NCBI GenBank assembly: GCA_963802945.1
Contig: CAWDKY010000029.1
Coordinates: 128,001-192,000 of the forward strand
Direction: 5' to 3'
Source: an uncultured delta proteobacterium
GTDB lineage: Bacteria > Desulfobacterota > RBG-13-43-22
DNA length: 64,000 bases
Shown: positions 9,641-19,811 of the stretch, piece after piece
How the letters are laid out: each line of letters opens with the position of its first letter
Position numbering within the stretch: the stretch's first letter is position 1
Notes under the pieces: generated by a model
Seen by the model: the letters and a program-made list of their open reading frames with translations, nothing else
What the model was told of the DNA's origin: nothing
Database searches by the model: none
Position numbers and translations under genes: made by a program

Positions 9641-11128
9641 CTAGATTCGCACCTCTTGCTTGAATCGCTCTGAGCCCACGATAAATTTCACAGTGGAGAG
9701 AGAACCTAAAATTGTGCCCAAAATACCCGGGGCCAACACGCTCTGGCCGGCCAAAAAAAGGCCTCGCAAGGAGGTCCGATTCAACAACGCGGCCGAAAGC
9801 ATTTGGTCGTTCGATCGCATGACCCCGTAAGCCGATCCTTCAGGACTGTTGACCCAATCCCGGATAGTCAAAGGGGTAAAGACGTCGAGGATCTCCAGCC
9901 CATGGAAGGGACCTAAAATCTTTTCTGCCCTCCCAATAATACTATGGGCCATATCAAGTTTCTTCTGGATGTAATCCGGACCGCGCTGTCCGGAGTGTGT
10001 CTGTTGCCAGGCTTGCCATATTTCATTATGACCTGAGGTGATCAGCGTCAACAGATTCTGTCCCGGTTCATCACTGGAGCGTAATTGCAGAAAGATCAGG
10101 TCCAGGAGGTCACCGTTGGAGTCGGGCTGTGCCAGGTATAAATTATGTAGAATTTCGGGGTGCAGCTCGGTCGGCACAAGGGCGTGTACCGCCATCATAC
10201 CGGCGGTATCCCTTAACTCCATAATCCTCCGACGGTAGGAGGCTTTAATGACTCCAGGCTCTAATAACTCGATTATCCTCTTAGGGTGGATCGTGCCGAC
10301 AATGAAGGAGGCGTCAAGGGTTTCTCCTGATTCCAGGGTAACTCCCCGGACCCGGCCGTCGGCCGTTCGAATGCCGGCTACCGCTTCTCCGGTACGCAAG
10401 CCTCCTCCCAGGGATTTCAGGCGTTGAGCGCAGACGTCAACCATGGTCGCTCCCTGCCCTTTTAGGCGCCAGGCGGACAAAAGGTAGCTGGCCAGGGTCA
10501 TGGAGTGATAGAACTGGGGGCACACTTCATGAGGCACACCAATCAAGACTGACGGCAGTCCAAAGACAGCCCGCAGCCCGGGGGAACAGCCGATCCGGTC
10601 GAAAATCGCTCCCAGCGGTTCGGCTTGATCAAACCAGTATTCAGTCGGTCGGTCGGAATATAAAAATGACAGGCGGTCCAATTGGTCGGCGCCGCGGCGT
10701 AACATAGCCATCAAAGCGGCCACTTGTGTTCTTTGGGTTGGAAAGGCGGTGTTTAAACTGGCTTCGTAAGACTCAAAACCGGTGGGCACATCGAAACTAT
10801 CGATCCCAAGATGGTTGTCGGTGAAAATGATACCGTCCACCGGCGCATCAATCCCCATCCGAATAAGTGGAAGCTGATCGGTAATTCCCAGAAAATCGAA
10901 ACAGCGGCGCAGAATCTGGCCATGATCCAGGGCGCCCATGTAATGCAGGCCGACGTTGCACTGCACCCCCCGGCGTGCGTAGCTGCGCATCATCCCACCG
11001 GGTTGTCGATTCTTCTCGATGACGGTGACTTCAAAACCGAGCTTGGCTAAAATGATGCCCGTGCTCAGGCCACCGATCCCGGAGCCGATGACCAGGACCT
11101 TTTCCTTGCCTTCTTTTAGTGCAGGCAT
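9641..11128 (-). CDS. Phytoene desaturase/retinol saturase-like FAD-dependent oxidoreductase
   Basis: VIGSGIGGL Rossmann motif, EKNRQPGG, TPLTIRDWVNSPEGSAYG, GLFLAGQ. Confidence 0.85.
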   Translation of the reverse strand: MPALKEGKEKVLVIGSGIGGLSTGIILAKLGFEVTVIEKNRQPGGMMRSYARRGVQCNVGLHYMGALDHGQILRRCFDFLGITDQLPLIRMGIDAPVDGIIFTDNHLGIDSFDVPTGFESYEASLNTAFPTQRTQVAALMAMLRRGADQLDRLSFLYSDRPTEYWFDQAEPLGAIFDRIGCSPGLRAVFGLPSVLIGVPHEVCPQFYHSMTLASYLLSAWRLKGQGATMVDVCAQRLKSLGGGLRTGEAVAGIRTADGRVRGVTLESGETLDASFIVGTIHPKRIIELLEPGVIKASYRRRIMELRDTAGMMAVHALVPTELHPEILHNLYLAQPDSNGDLLDLIFLQLRSSDEPGQNLLTLITSGHNEIWQAWQQTHSGQRGPDYIQKKLDMAHSIIGRAEKILGPFHGLEILDVFTPLTIRDWVNSPEGSAYGVMRSNDQMLSAALLNRTSLRGLFLAGQSVLAPGILGTILGSLSTVKFIVGSERFKQEVRI

Positions 11129-11176
11129 TGGATTGTTCCCTTTCTAGTAAGCTTCCATTCTAAAAATGCAGAAGAG

Positions 11177-11945
11177 TCAGGGCTCACGCTGGAGTTCAAA
11201 GGCTTGCCTGACTTGCTCGATCAGTGCATGAATCGAGAAAGTATCACTGTCGTATTCCGGCGGAATGCTTACAATCCGTTTTACTTCAATCGTAATCGGA
11301 ACACAGGTATTTAATAAGAATGTGCCCGGCTTTAATAACCTATTCGTATTGGTTGATCATCAACACCTGAATCGGAGCATGATATTGCCTGGCAATGGTA
11401 AAGGCCCCTTTGTTTAACCGCCCGATCTTCCCGTCTCGGCTTCTCGTACCTTCCGGAAAGACGAATAAATTCCCCCCTGATGACAAATAATTTTCCATAT
11501 GCTTGATACGTTCCAACATAAGGACAGTAAAAGTCTCCTCTTTCGTTGAAAATAAATACCCGGATTTTTTTAACACCCATCCGAAAACGGGTACTTTCAG
11601 AAATGTTTTTTTAACGACCGTCTTTTGTTTTTCAAACAGAGAAACCAGAAGGATCGGATCGAGGTATGAAAGATGATTACAGACAATAACGGAAGACCGG
11701 ATGGAACAAACGTCGTCGTCAATGCGGATGTTTAAGCGGGGGGTGATGATTCGCAGGACGATAAAAAACGATTTGAAAAATCGGTGATTTATTTTTTGAA
11801 AAGAATTTTCGAGGTTATCAGAGAATAGGAAGGAAAAGAGATAAAAGGGAGAGAATAAAATGAAATAGCCAAAGGTAAAATATATCCATATAATAATGGT
11901 GACAAAAAAATCAATAGAACGTTTAATCCATTTGGGAATGGTCAT
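11177..11945 (-). CDS. 1-acyl-glycerol-3-phosphate acyltransferase (PlsC-like), +1 frameshift near 11352
   Basis: NHLSYLD (HX4D), FPEGTRS; C-terminus TNRLLKPGTFLL...QREP* continues in the next frame. Confidence 0.8.
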
Positions 11946-12025
11946 TTTATATTTTAGGAGGTAAGTATTGGCAGTGAGTTGTTTTTTGGAAAACTTTAAA
12001 AAACAAGCCCCTCAGACACCAAATT

Positions 12026-13270
12026 TTAAATATCTTTAGCTGGATTTTTGATAATCAGGCAGGTGTTAACACCCCCAAAGGCAAAATTTTGGATAGCAGC
12101 CATTCGGATGTTGCCTTCCTGAAGTTTCAGGGCGTGCCGAATCATGGCACAACGGTCATCCACTACCTCCAGGTTCAATGTTGGAGCCATGAATCCTTCT
12201 TCCATCATGTAAAGGCAGAGAATGGTTTCGATGACACCGCAAGAGCCCATCGTATGTCCCATATAACTTTTTAAACCGGCAACACAGGGTGAATTCCCAT
12301 AGACCGAATGGATAGCCTGCGCCTCAATAATATCCCCCATTTTGGTTCCTGTGGCATGAGCGCTCACAAAATCAATCTGATCCGAAGAAATTCCGGCATT
12401 CTCGAGCCCAAGTAGAAGCGTCTGGGTGACGCCGTTTAGATTGGGCAAAATCAAATCGCCGCCGTTATTAGTGCAGGAAAAGCCAATGACTTCTCCAAGG
12501 ATGTTGGCCCCCCGTTTACAGGCGTGTTCGTATTCTTCCAACAGGACCGCCCCGGCGCCTTCGCCAACGACCAGACCGTCTCTTCTGGAATCAAACGGGC
12601 GAGGGGTGAGATGCGGGGTGTCATTAAAAGCAGTGGAACAGGCCAAAAGATTATCAAAAACAGCAACGGTCGTAGTGTCATATTCGTCAGCCCCACCGCA
12701 AAGCATGGCCTCCTGCATCCCGAACTTGATCGATTCATATCCAAAACCGATGGATTGGCTGCTGGTCGTGCAGGCCGTTGAAGAAGAAATAACCCGCCCC
12801 GTAATTCCAAACATCTTGGTGATATTCACCGCTGTCGTATGGACCATGGATTTCAGGTATTCAACTGCACCGATGTTTGAATATTCGGAAGAAGAGCCCC
12901 CGAAAAAGATTTTATAGATATCCCTCTGAACCGAAGGGCTGCCATGAGTTGATCCAAAGGCTACGCCTAAGCGTCCTGAGGTGATAAACGCATTATCTAA
13001 ACCGGAGGCCTCAATAACTTCCTTGGCCACCTGACAGGCATAATAGGCCACCGGACCCATGGTCTTGCGATGCGAGCGTTTGAAATCATATTCAATGGGA
13101 TAATCTACCGTTCCGAAAACTCCGGAATGGATATAACTGGTCAGAAGATCATCCTTGCGTAACGGTTTTACTCCGGAAATTCCCTTAACCAGGCTATTGA
13201 TGATTTCTTTTTTGGAATGCCCAATAGGGGTAATCGCTGAACAGGCGGTAATAACGACTCTTCTTTCCAT
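12026..13270 (-). CDS. Beta-ketoacyl-ACP synthase (FabB/F-like)
   Basis: TACTTS, SAHATGT, SYMGHTMG, NFAFGGVN. Confidence 0.9.
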   Translation of the reverse strand: MERRVVITACSAITPIGHSKKEIINSLVKGISGVKPLRKDDLLTSYIHSGVFGTVDYPIEYDFKRSHRKTMGPVAYYACQVAKEVIEASGLDNAFITSGRLGVAFGSTHGSPSVQRDIYKIFFGGSSSEYSNIGAVEYLKSMVHTTAVNITKMFGITGRVISSSTACTTSSQSIGFGYESIKFGMQEAMLCGGADEYDTTTVAVFDNLLACSTAFNDTPHLTPRPFDSRRDGLVVGEGAGAVLLEEYEHACKRGANILGEVIGFSCTNNGGDLILPNLNGVTQTLLLGLENAGISSDQIDFVSAHATGTKMGDIIEAQAIHSVYGNSPCVAGLKSYMGHTMGSCGVIETILCLYMMEEGFMAPTLNLEVVDDRCAMIRHALKLQEGNIRMAAIQNFAFGGVNTCLIIKNPAKDI

Positions 13271-13285
13271 AAATCAATTCACATT

Positions 13286-13552
13286 TCAGGCCCTTGTTTT
13301 AGCCAAAGCTTCCACATAATCACAAATATGGTTAATGGTCCTAATATCCATCGCCTGTTTTTTTTCTTCCTGAGTCAGCTCTGTTTTTAATAAATGTTCA
13401 ATCTCTACCAGAAGTTCTATGGCGTCGATACTGTCGAACTCATACTTCTCTCTTAAATCATCATCCAAGTCGGGATTTTCGATTTCAAATTCTCTGGATA
13501 GAATTTTTAATATTTCACTCTTTATCTCTTCCCGTGTCATAATGGTATCCAT
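13286..13552 (-). CDS. Acyl carrier protein
   Basis: FDSIDAIELL; acidic 88 aa. Confidence 0.85.
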   Translation of the reverse strand: MDTIMTREEIKSEILKILSREFEIENPDLDDDLREKYEFDSIDAIELLVEIEHLLKTELTQEEKKQAMDIRTINHICDYVEALAKTRA

Positions 13553-13632
13553 CGTTTTGTTATCTTACAGCTTCCTTCTTCCTATTCTTTAACCAAGGAT
13601 CTTCAATAAGATCGATCAATTTTAAAAGAATA

Positions 13633-13661
13633 ATTATAGGGCAAGAAAAGTGCTGGGTCAA
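13633..13661 (-). promoter_or_regulatory. sigma70-type promoter for the ACP-KS-acyltransferase-CrtI unit
   Basis: TTGACC-N17-TATAAT on the minus strand. Confidence 0.65.
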
Positions 13662-13774
13662 GGAGAAAAAAGGTCAAATTTAAACAGGCTTTATTTGGCT
13701 TAGAAAACAAAAAAATAGAACTTTTGTCCGCCGACGGTTGGGAAAAAATCGCTAAGTTTCCTTCCCTGAACCAG

Positions 13775-14512
13775 CTAAATCATTCCCCCATTGACGGAGA
13801 TGACTTGACCGGTAATATAGGAGGCATCATCGGAACAGAGGAATCGGACAACTTTGGCCACCTCTTCCGGGAGTCCAACCCGACCCATGGGGATGATCTG
13901 TTTTATCATCGCCTTGGGCATGGCTTGAATCATCTCAGTTTCGATCATGCCTGGGGCCACTACGTTGACCCGAATACCGAGACGGGCGACCTCCGAGGCC
14001 AGGGAGCGACAAGCCCCTTCAAGAGCGGCCTTAGCTGCCGAATAGTTGGTCTGACCGCGGTGGCCGAGCCTGGCAGAAACGGAGGAGATGATCACAATCA
14101 CCCCTTGGTTTCTGGTGACCATCTTTTTAAGGACAGGTTGAGTGACATTATAAAATCCTTGTAACGATGTGTTAATAACCCTGGTCCATTCCTCGTTAGA
14201 CATGAGCACAAAAAGACTGTCTGCCGCTACTCCGGCATTATTGACTAAAATATCAATTCCTTCATGACGGGTCAAAAGGGCTTCAAGGCTTTTCTCGGTT
14301 GCTTCTTGATCCGCCACGTCAAAGCAGACCGTCTCGCCCATTCCTCCAGCTTCATGAATCAATCCCAAGGTCTCTTCAGCCGCCTTTTGGTTGGAAAGGA
14401 AATTAACAATCACATATAGGCCGTTTTTTGCCAGTTCCAGACAGATAGCCCGTCCGATTCCCCGACCTCCCCCCGTTACCAGGGCAATCTTCCTCGGCGA
14501 TAAAGGTTCCAT
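13775..14512 (-). CDS. fabG: 3-oxoacyl-ACP reductase
   Basis: TGGGRGIG, NNAG, YSAAK, NVVAPG, ITGQVISVNGG. Confidence 0.9.
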   Translation of the reverse strand: MEPLSPRKIALVTGGGRGIGRAICLELAKNGLYVIVNFLSNQKAAEETLGLIHEAGGMGETVCFDVADQEATEKSLEALLTRHEGIDILVNNAGVAADSLFVLMSNEEWTRVINTSLQGFYNVTQPVLKKMVTRNQGVIVIISSVSARLGHRGQTNYSAAKAALEGACRSLASEVARLGIRVNVVAPGMIETEMIQAMPKAMIKQIIPMGRVGLPEEVAKVVRFLCSDDASYITGQVISVNGGMI

Positions 14513-14633
14513 GTTTTTCTTTCTCCTCAAGTTATTAAGGGTTTATAATAATCTTGACCTGAAATGGATGGACTTACCTAACATTGGACTGGGGGATCTT
14601 TTTTGGGGCTTGTCTAAAAGGTAACTCATTGCC

Positions 14634-15098
14634 CTACCCCGGCCCGTCCAGTAAAGTTTTTTCGGAAAGGGCTTCCTCCTCCGGCTCCATGACTTGGATC
14701 GTGGTTTTAAAATGGAAGTCCGACCCAGAGTCGACCTGACCTTCATACACGGCATATTTTTCAACATAATAGGTCTCGGCAATATGGATAACAAGCCTCG
14801 TCCCCAAAGGAATGCTGGAGGGAGAAAATTCAGCTTCTTTAAGACCGACTACGAATCCAAGTCGCGATTCGGCTCCTTTTCCTTCATTCCAGGTTCTCAA
14901 GGCAGCGATGGCTTGGGCGACCAGTTCGATACATATCAAGGAACTCACCATACCGTCTCGGTGAAGAGGCCAATTGGCGTTTACGGTAGCTTCTGCCTGC
15001 AGGGTTTTCTCGATCGGTCGTCTTACCCATTCCAAGAGCCTCATAAGATGACGGTGCGGGATCAAAGGTTCAGCAGGAAACAATTCATTCCGTTCCAT
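14634..15098 (-). CDS. Hotdog-fold dehydratase partner (ApeP-like)
   Basis: LIPHRHLMRLL, IELVAQAIAA, LGFVVG. Confidence 0.75.
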   Translation of the reverse strand: MERNELFPAEPLIPHRHLMRLLEWVRRPIEKTLQAEATVNANWPLHRDGMVSSLICIELVAQAIAALRTWNEGKGAESRLGFVVGLKEAEFSPSSIPLGTRLVIHIAETYYVEKYAVYEGQVDSGSDFHFKTTIQVMEPEEEALSEKTLLDGPG

Positions 15099-15123
15099 TT
15101 TTTTTATCCCATTAAATCATTCA

Positions 15124-15516
15124 TCAGTGTTCAAAAGGGCCTTCTTCTCGGGCCTTCAAAAAACCATGGACAACGAGTTTGGCCTGACAGGTTATCTGAA
15201 AATCGAGTTTAGCCTCAGGACCGCTGGGCATGGCTGCTACAGAAATGCATAGTTCATCCCCCGGGAGAACCAGATGCCTAAACCTTACCCTGGAAAAGCC
15301 TAAGACATTGAGAAGCCGACCATTTTCAAAGCCTTGCCTTTGTAGCGTTTCAGAAGCCAAGGCGAGGAGAGCCACGCCGGGTAACAAGGGGAATGTTTCA
15401 AAATGCCCCGAGAACCACTTTGATTGAGGCCCGAATCGCACCCTCGATTCCCATCGGCCTTCAGGGGTGATCCGTTGTTTCTCCAGAGGCAACCAATCAT
15501 CGGGGGGGGTAGGCAT
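15124..15516 (-). CDS. FabZ/ApeI-like dehydratase
   Basis: WFSGHFETFPLLPGV, VRFRHLVLPGD. Confidence 0.8.
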   Translation of the reverse strand: MPTPPDDWLPLEKQRITPEGRWESRVRFGPQSKWFSGHFETFPLLPGVALLALASETLQRQGFENGRLLNVLGFSRVRFRHLVLPGDELCISVAAMPSGPEAKLDFQITCQAKLVVHGFLKAREEGPFEH

Positions 15517-15600
15517 CCTACGACAGACTTTCTATTTTCGAGCTATCTGATATAAAATATAAGAGCTTTTCTTTTGGGGGACTTTTTATCAGTATGAAAA

Positions 15601-15688
15601 ATTCTATCCATAACTATTGGTATTGTCAATATTAAATAAACTTTATACTTAATTTCTCTTGACCTCAGGTTCTAATCCATTTTATAAT
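15601..15688. promoter_or_regulatory. Divergent sigma70-type promoters
   Basis: Minus: TTGACA-N17-TAGAAT (15629-15601); plus: TTGACC-N18-TATAAT (15659-15688). Confidence 0.65.
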
Positions 15689-15740
15689 TCGTCTCACTTT
15701 AAAGGATAACCAATAAGAAAAATAATAAAAAGGGAGGATC

Positions 15741-16016
15741 ATGATGCCTGAAAAGGAAGACATTAAGGGCATTATTGAAAATGTAGCCCAAAAAATAATT
15801 TTTGAACTCAAACTGGAAGATGTAACGGTGGAAACGTTCAATCCTGATTTGGATCTGATCGATGAACTGGGAATTGACAGTATGGATCTGGCCACTATCG
15901 CTCTGGTTTTACAGGATGAATACAAGATTGTCATTGACGAAGACGATTATCCCAAATTGAAGACCATTCGCTTGATCGCCGAATATGTTGAGGAAAGAGT
16001 TAAAGCCCGGAGTTAA
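15741..16016 (+). CDS. Acyl carrier protein
   Basis: LGIDSMDLATI; GGAGG RBS. Confidence 0.9.
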   Translation: MMPEKEDIKGIIENVAQKIIFELKLEDVTVETFNPDLDLIDELGIDSMDLATIALVLQDEYKIVIDEDDYPKLKTIRLIAEYVEERVKARS

Positions 16017-16074
16017 GAATCCGGCAGCCCGATCCCGGTGCTAGGGTAGAGCAACTGAGAGGAACTCATTCGCC

Positions 16075-17145
16075 ATGACCATGAATCATCAGCCATTCTT
16101 GGAACCAGACCAAACGAAATTTTCCGAACTGCTTGCCCATCCGGAAGTCAGGCAGCGGTGGGAGAAAGTCCGAAAATATTTTTTCCTGCGGGAATCCACC
16201 TATGACATGAGCAATCGCTGCAATCTCCGTTGCGACGGATGTTATTATTATGAGGGGGAAAAACAATTCGCCGTTGAAAACAATCAGGTCGAAGCCTGGC
16301 GGGAACTGATGCAAACCGAAAAAAAACGGGGTATCACTTATGTGGTTCTGGCCGGGGCTGAACCCTCGCTCGTTCCGGAACTGTTGGAGGTATGCTTTCA
16401 GGAAATGCCGTTGGGCAGCATAGCCACCAATGGGTTGAAAAAAATCCCGGAATCGGTTGGATATAAAATCCACATTTCGGTTTGGGGTAACGATGAAACC
16501 AGCCTTCAGGTTCGGAAGGCCAGGGATCTTTTAACAAAACAAATCGAAAATTACCGGAATGACCCGCGGGCCGTTTTTGTCTATACCTTCACCCGGGTCA
16601 ATATCGCAGAGGTCTGGGAGGTGGCCGAACGCCTCGTGGCCGAGGATTGTAAGTTGACCTTCAATGTTTTTTCCTCCCCGATCGGCTATAAAGGACCTTT
16701 ACGCCACAATGAAGATTCACTGGAACGTACCAGAAACAATATGATCGCCCTCCTGGAGAAATATCCTCAGCAGGTTTTGTTCTCGGTCTATAATGCCGTT
16801 GCCCATACCCACCGCGGCAGTTTGCATGACCTTTTTGCCTGCCAGTACCCTCGACAAAACCCCTCTCAGGACATTGGCCTGGGACGGTCCTTTCGACAGT
16901 ACCGAACGGATTTAAAATGGGACCGGTCGGTGGCCTGCTGTGTGCCGGATACCGATTGTAGCGATTGCCGGCATTATGCCTCAGGTTCAGCTGTGGTCAC
17001 CGCCCGTCTTTTTCGTCATGCCGGTCAATTGGACACCTTCAAGGCTTGGCTGGATTATGTGGATACGTACCTGGCGGTATGGGTGATGGGGTATCCCAAA
17101 GGGGAGAATCTCTGTCCGGCCCCGGTCAGCCCCCCGATGACCTGA
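16075..17145 (+). CDS. Radical SAM protein (no B12 domain) with Cys-rich C-terminus
   Basis: CNLRCDGC, LAGAEP, ATNG; C-terminal CCVPDTDCSDC. Confidence 0.85.
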   Translation: MTMNHQPFLEPDQTKFSELLAHPEVRQRWEKVRKYFFLRESTYDMSNRCNLRCDGCYYYEGEKQFAVENNQVEAWRELMQTEKKRGITYVVLAGAEPSLVPELLEVCFQEMPLGSIATNGLKKIPESVGYKIHISVWGNDETSLQVRKARDLLTKQIENYRNDPRAVFVYTFTRVNIAEVWEVAERLVAEDCKLTFNVFSSPIGYKGPLRHNEDSLERTRNNMIALLEKYPQQVLFSVYNAVAHTHRGSLHDLFACQYPRQNPSQDIGLGRSFRQYRTDLKWDRSVACCVPDTDCSDCRHYASGSAVVTARLFRHAGQLDTFKAWLDYVDTYLAVWVMGYPKGENLCPAPVSPPMT

Positions 17146-17198
17146 ACTCCGGACCGAAAAATCAGAAAAACAAAAAGAAGGCTTTAAGAGACGACTTT

Positions 17199-18197
17199 AT
17201 GAAAACCGTCAGTTCATTATTAGATTCATCCTGGTCCGAACGTTATCGGAGGATTTCCAAATTAAATATCCGCAGTTCCATCTATGATGTTACCAACCAA
17301 TGCAATTTGCGCTGTAAGGGGTGCTTTTTCTTTTCCTCCAATGAACATCGGGCGGCCCGGGAAGAAATGGATCTAAAAAAGTGGGAGACTTTTATCGACC
17401 GGGAAAAAGAGCGGGGCGTCAATCTGGCCATATTGATCGGCGGAGAGCCGACCCTTTTCCTGGACAGGGTTGAGGCCTTTTATCATCGGCTGCCGACCTA
17501 TTGTGCCACCAACGGCTTGATCAAAGTGCCCCGGGATCGGTTTCCTGATATGATGATCGGGATCTCTCTCTGGGGCAGTCCTGAAGATGAAAAAATGCTC
17601 AGGGGAAAAGACACCTTTGCCGTTTCCAGTAAGCATTATGCCGGTGACCCCTATACCTATTATCTGTACACCATCACGCCACGGCAGGTAGGTAAAATCG
17701 AACCGGTCATTAAAAGAATCGCCGATATCGGGTTGAAGGTTCATCTTCAGCTTTTGTCAAACGACGAACATGTGGAAGGCTTTTCCTGGCGGGAAGAAGA
17801 ACTAACGGCCTTGCGTCACGAACTGGATGAAATGTTGGATCGGTATCCCCAAACGATCATTTCCTGCAAATATTACCATCAAATCATCACCACAGGGACC
17901 ATGATGGGCCGTCCCTTCGGCTGGAACGAATGCCCCTCTGTAACCGAATCCTTAGACAATAGGAATCCCCAGCCCCACCGTTTGATTCACTTCATCCGCT
18001 GGGCTTCTGATTTAAAGACGGTCCACCGCTGCTGCACTTCAGCCAGCCGGGACTGTTCCACCTGCAAGGACGGGGCGGCCCACATGAGCTGGGTTATGGT
18101 CAACAAAAGGGAACATATTCGGTCGACCGAAGATTTGCAGAACTGGATCGAAGTTTATGAAATGTTCGCCAAACTGTATCATTTTATCCCCTGGTGA
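17199..18197 (+). CDS. Radical SAM protein, paralog of the upstream gene
   Basis: CNLRCKGC, IGGEP, ATNG; C-terminal RCCTSASRDCSTC; true start probably MKTVSS at 17199. Confidence 0.85.
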   Translation: MKTVSSLLDSSWSERYRRISKLNIRSSIYDVTNQCNLRCKGCFFFSSNEHRAAREEMDLKKWETFIDREKERGVNLAILIGGEPTLFLDRVEAFYHRLPTYCATNGLIKVPRDRFPDMMIGISLWGSPEDEKMLRGKDTFAVSSKHYAGDPYTYYLYTITPRQVGKIEPVIKRIADIGLKVHLQLLSNDEHVEGFSWREEELTALRHELDEMLDRYPQTIISCKYYHQIITTGTMMGRPFGWNECPSVTESLDNRNPQPHRLIHFIRWASDLKTVHRCCTSASRDCSTCKDGAAHMSWVMVNKREHIRSTEDLQNWIEVYEMFAKLYHFIPW

Positions 18198-18374
18198 TTC
18201 CGGGCGGGACTTTGGCAGTCTGCTTTTTCCGGCATTCAAATCCGACCTCCTCATCGATTCCATCGAAAAGAGAAAAAGCGCTGGCTTGGTCTCCTCAACG
18301 GTAGGTGATGCCTCAGGGCATATACTTAAAAATTTATTTCTCTTCAAATGTTCTTTTTGATTTGAGTACTCTTT

Positions 18375-19625
18375 ATGGAATCAAAAAAAGCAGTCATTTT
18401 AGGATATGATGCTGTTTCCCCTTTAGGAACGGACTGGAAAACCCAATGGGAAAGGGTGGTACGCGGGGACTCAGGAATAGGCCCCCTAACCCGTTTTTCC
18501 TTAAGTCCCGATTTCCCGGTAAGGGTGGCCGGGGAAGTTCCGCCTTTTGATATCAAGCCTTTTCCTTTTTTGCAACCCCGGGAAATGGCCCATTGGACTT
18601 CCCCTATTTTCCCCAACGCCCTGTTGGTCGTCCACCGCGCCCTGCAAAAAAGCGGTTTGGTGATTACACCCGAGATAGCCCCCCGCGTGGCCGTCACCTT
18701 CAGCAGTGCCATCGGAGGGCTGGATGCCGTGTTGGTGGCGGACCGCTTGATGGTCTCCCAGGGGAAAATGCCCCATCCCTTTACCAACCCCAACTCATGC
18801 ATCAATATGGTCGGCGGACGGGTCTCTGTTTTCACCGGGGCTACCGGACCCATCTTTTCCACCATTACGGCCTGCGCCACGGGCGTCACCTCATTAATCA
18901 CAGGGGCAATGCTTCTGCGTCAGGGGCTGGCCGATGTGGTCATCGGAGGAGCGGTCGATTTTCCGTTGGTTGAACCGATCGTTGCCGGCTTTGTCACCAT
19001 GAACGGCGCTTATCATCCCAAAGAGGGTCAGCCGCTTGAACCGCCTGAAAAAACCAGCCGGCCTTTTTCCGTTAACCGCAGGGGGTTTGTGGTTTCCGAA
19101 GGGGCAGCCTGCATTATCATTGCCTCAGCGGAATTCGCTGCCGCCCATGGACTTAAAGCGCCCATAGAACTGGCCGGGTTTGGAATGACCTCGGATGCCA
19201 AGCACTTCGTTGCCCCTAATCTGGAAACCGTTCAAAGATCCATGGAGCTGGCTATCACCCAGGCCGGGATTAATCCCTCGGATATCGATGCCATAAACGC
19301 CCACGCCACTTCGACCAAGGTAGGGGACAAGGTGGAGGTTGATGCCCTGCATAATATCTTCGGAAAACGCATTCCTCCGGTATCGGCCAATAAATCCCAA
19401 ATGGGCCATGCCATGGGGGCCTCCAGCGCCATTGAGGCCATTTTCGCCATGGAAGGGTTGCTCAAAGATACCTTGCTTCCCACGATTAATTATCTCCCTG
19501 ATCCGGAAGTTGAATTGGACTGTGTGTCCGAAGGGGCCAGAAAATTGAACGGAGAATTTATCTTGAAAAATGCACTGGGCTTTGGCGGGTGCAATGCCTG
19601 TTTGGTTTTACGGAGATTGTTATAA
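18375..19625 (+). CDS. fabF: Beta-ketoacyl-ACP synthase II family
   Basis: TACATG, NAHATST, SQMGHAMG, LGFGGCN. Confidence 0.85.
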   Translation: MESKKAVILGYDAVSPLGTDWKTQWERVVRGDSGIGPLTRFSLSPDFPVRVAGEVPPFDIKPFPFLQPREMAHWTSPIFPNALLVVHRALQKSGLVITPEIAPRVAVTFSSAIGGLDAVLVADRLMVSQGKMPHPFTNPNSCINMVGGRVSVFTGATGPIFSTITACATGVTSLITGAMLLRQGLADVVIGGAVDFPLVEPIVAGFVTMNGAYHPKEGQPLEPPEKTSRPFSVNRRGFVVSEGAACIIIASAEFAAAHGLKAPIELAGFGMTSDAKHFVAPNLETVQRSMELAITQAGINPSDIDAINAHATSTKVGDKVEVDALHNIFGKRIPPVSANKSQMGHAMGASSAIEAIFAMEGLLKDTLLPTINYLPDPEVELDCVSEGARKLNGEFILKNALGFGGCNACLVLRRLL

Positions 19626-19653
19626 AGGATAAACTGGAAAAACTCTAAATCCG

Positions 19654-19790
19654 GACGGCTTCGTAAAAAGTTCGCAGGTAAGGCGCGCAAATCCTGAGAA
19701 ACGAGGCGTACACATAGGTACGCCGCAATGACGAAGGATGAAGCGCAATCCCGCGAAACGCGGGACTTCCGGACTTTTTACGAAGTCGTC
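19654..19790. mobile_element. ~137 bp MITE with 18-bp terminal inverted repeats
   Basis: gacggcttcgtaaaaagt ... actttttacgaagtcgtc; internal hairpins; no ORF. Confidence 0.7.
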
Positions 19791-19811
19791 ATAAAGGACG
19801 TGCAGTGAACC

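Noticed and set aside
16044-16057. ggtagagcaactga identical to part of the tRNA-Lys D/anticodon arm
   Set aside because: Only 14 nt, no cloverleaf and not a tRNA 3' end; probably chance.
16965-17198. N-terminal extension of the second radical SAM ORF
   Set aside because: Overlaps the upstream gene; the conserved-looking sequence starts at MKTVSS (17199).
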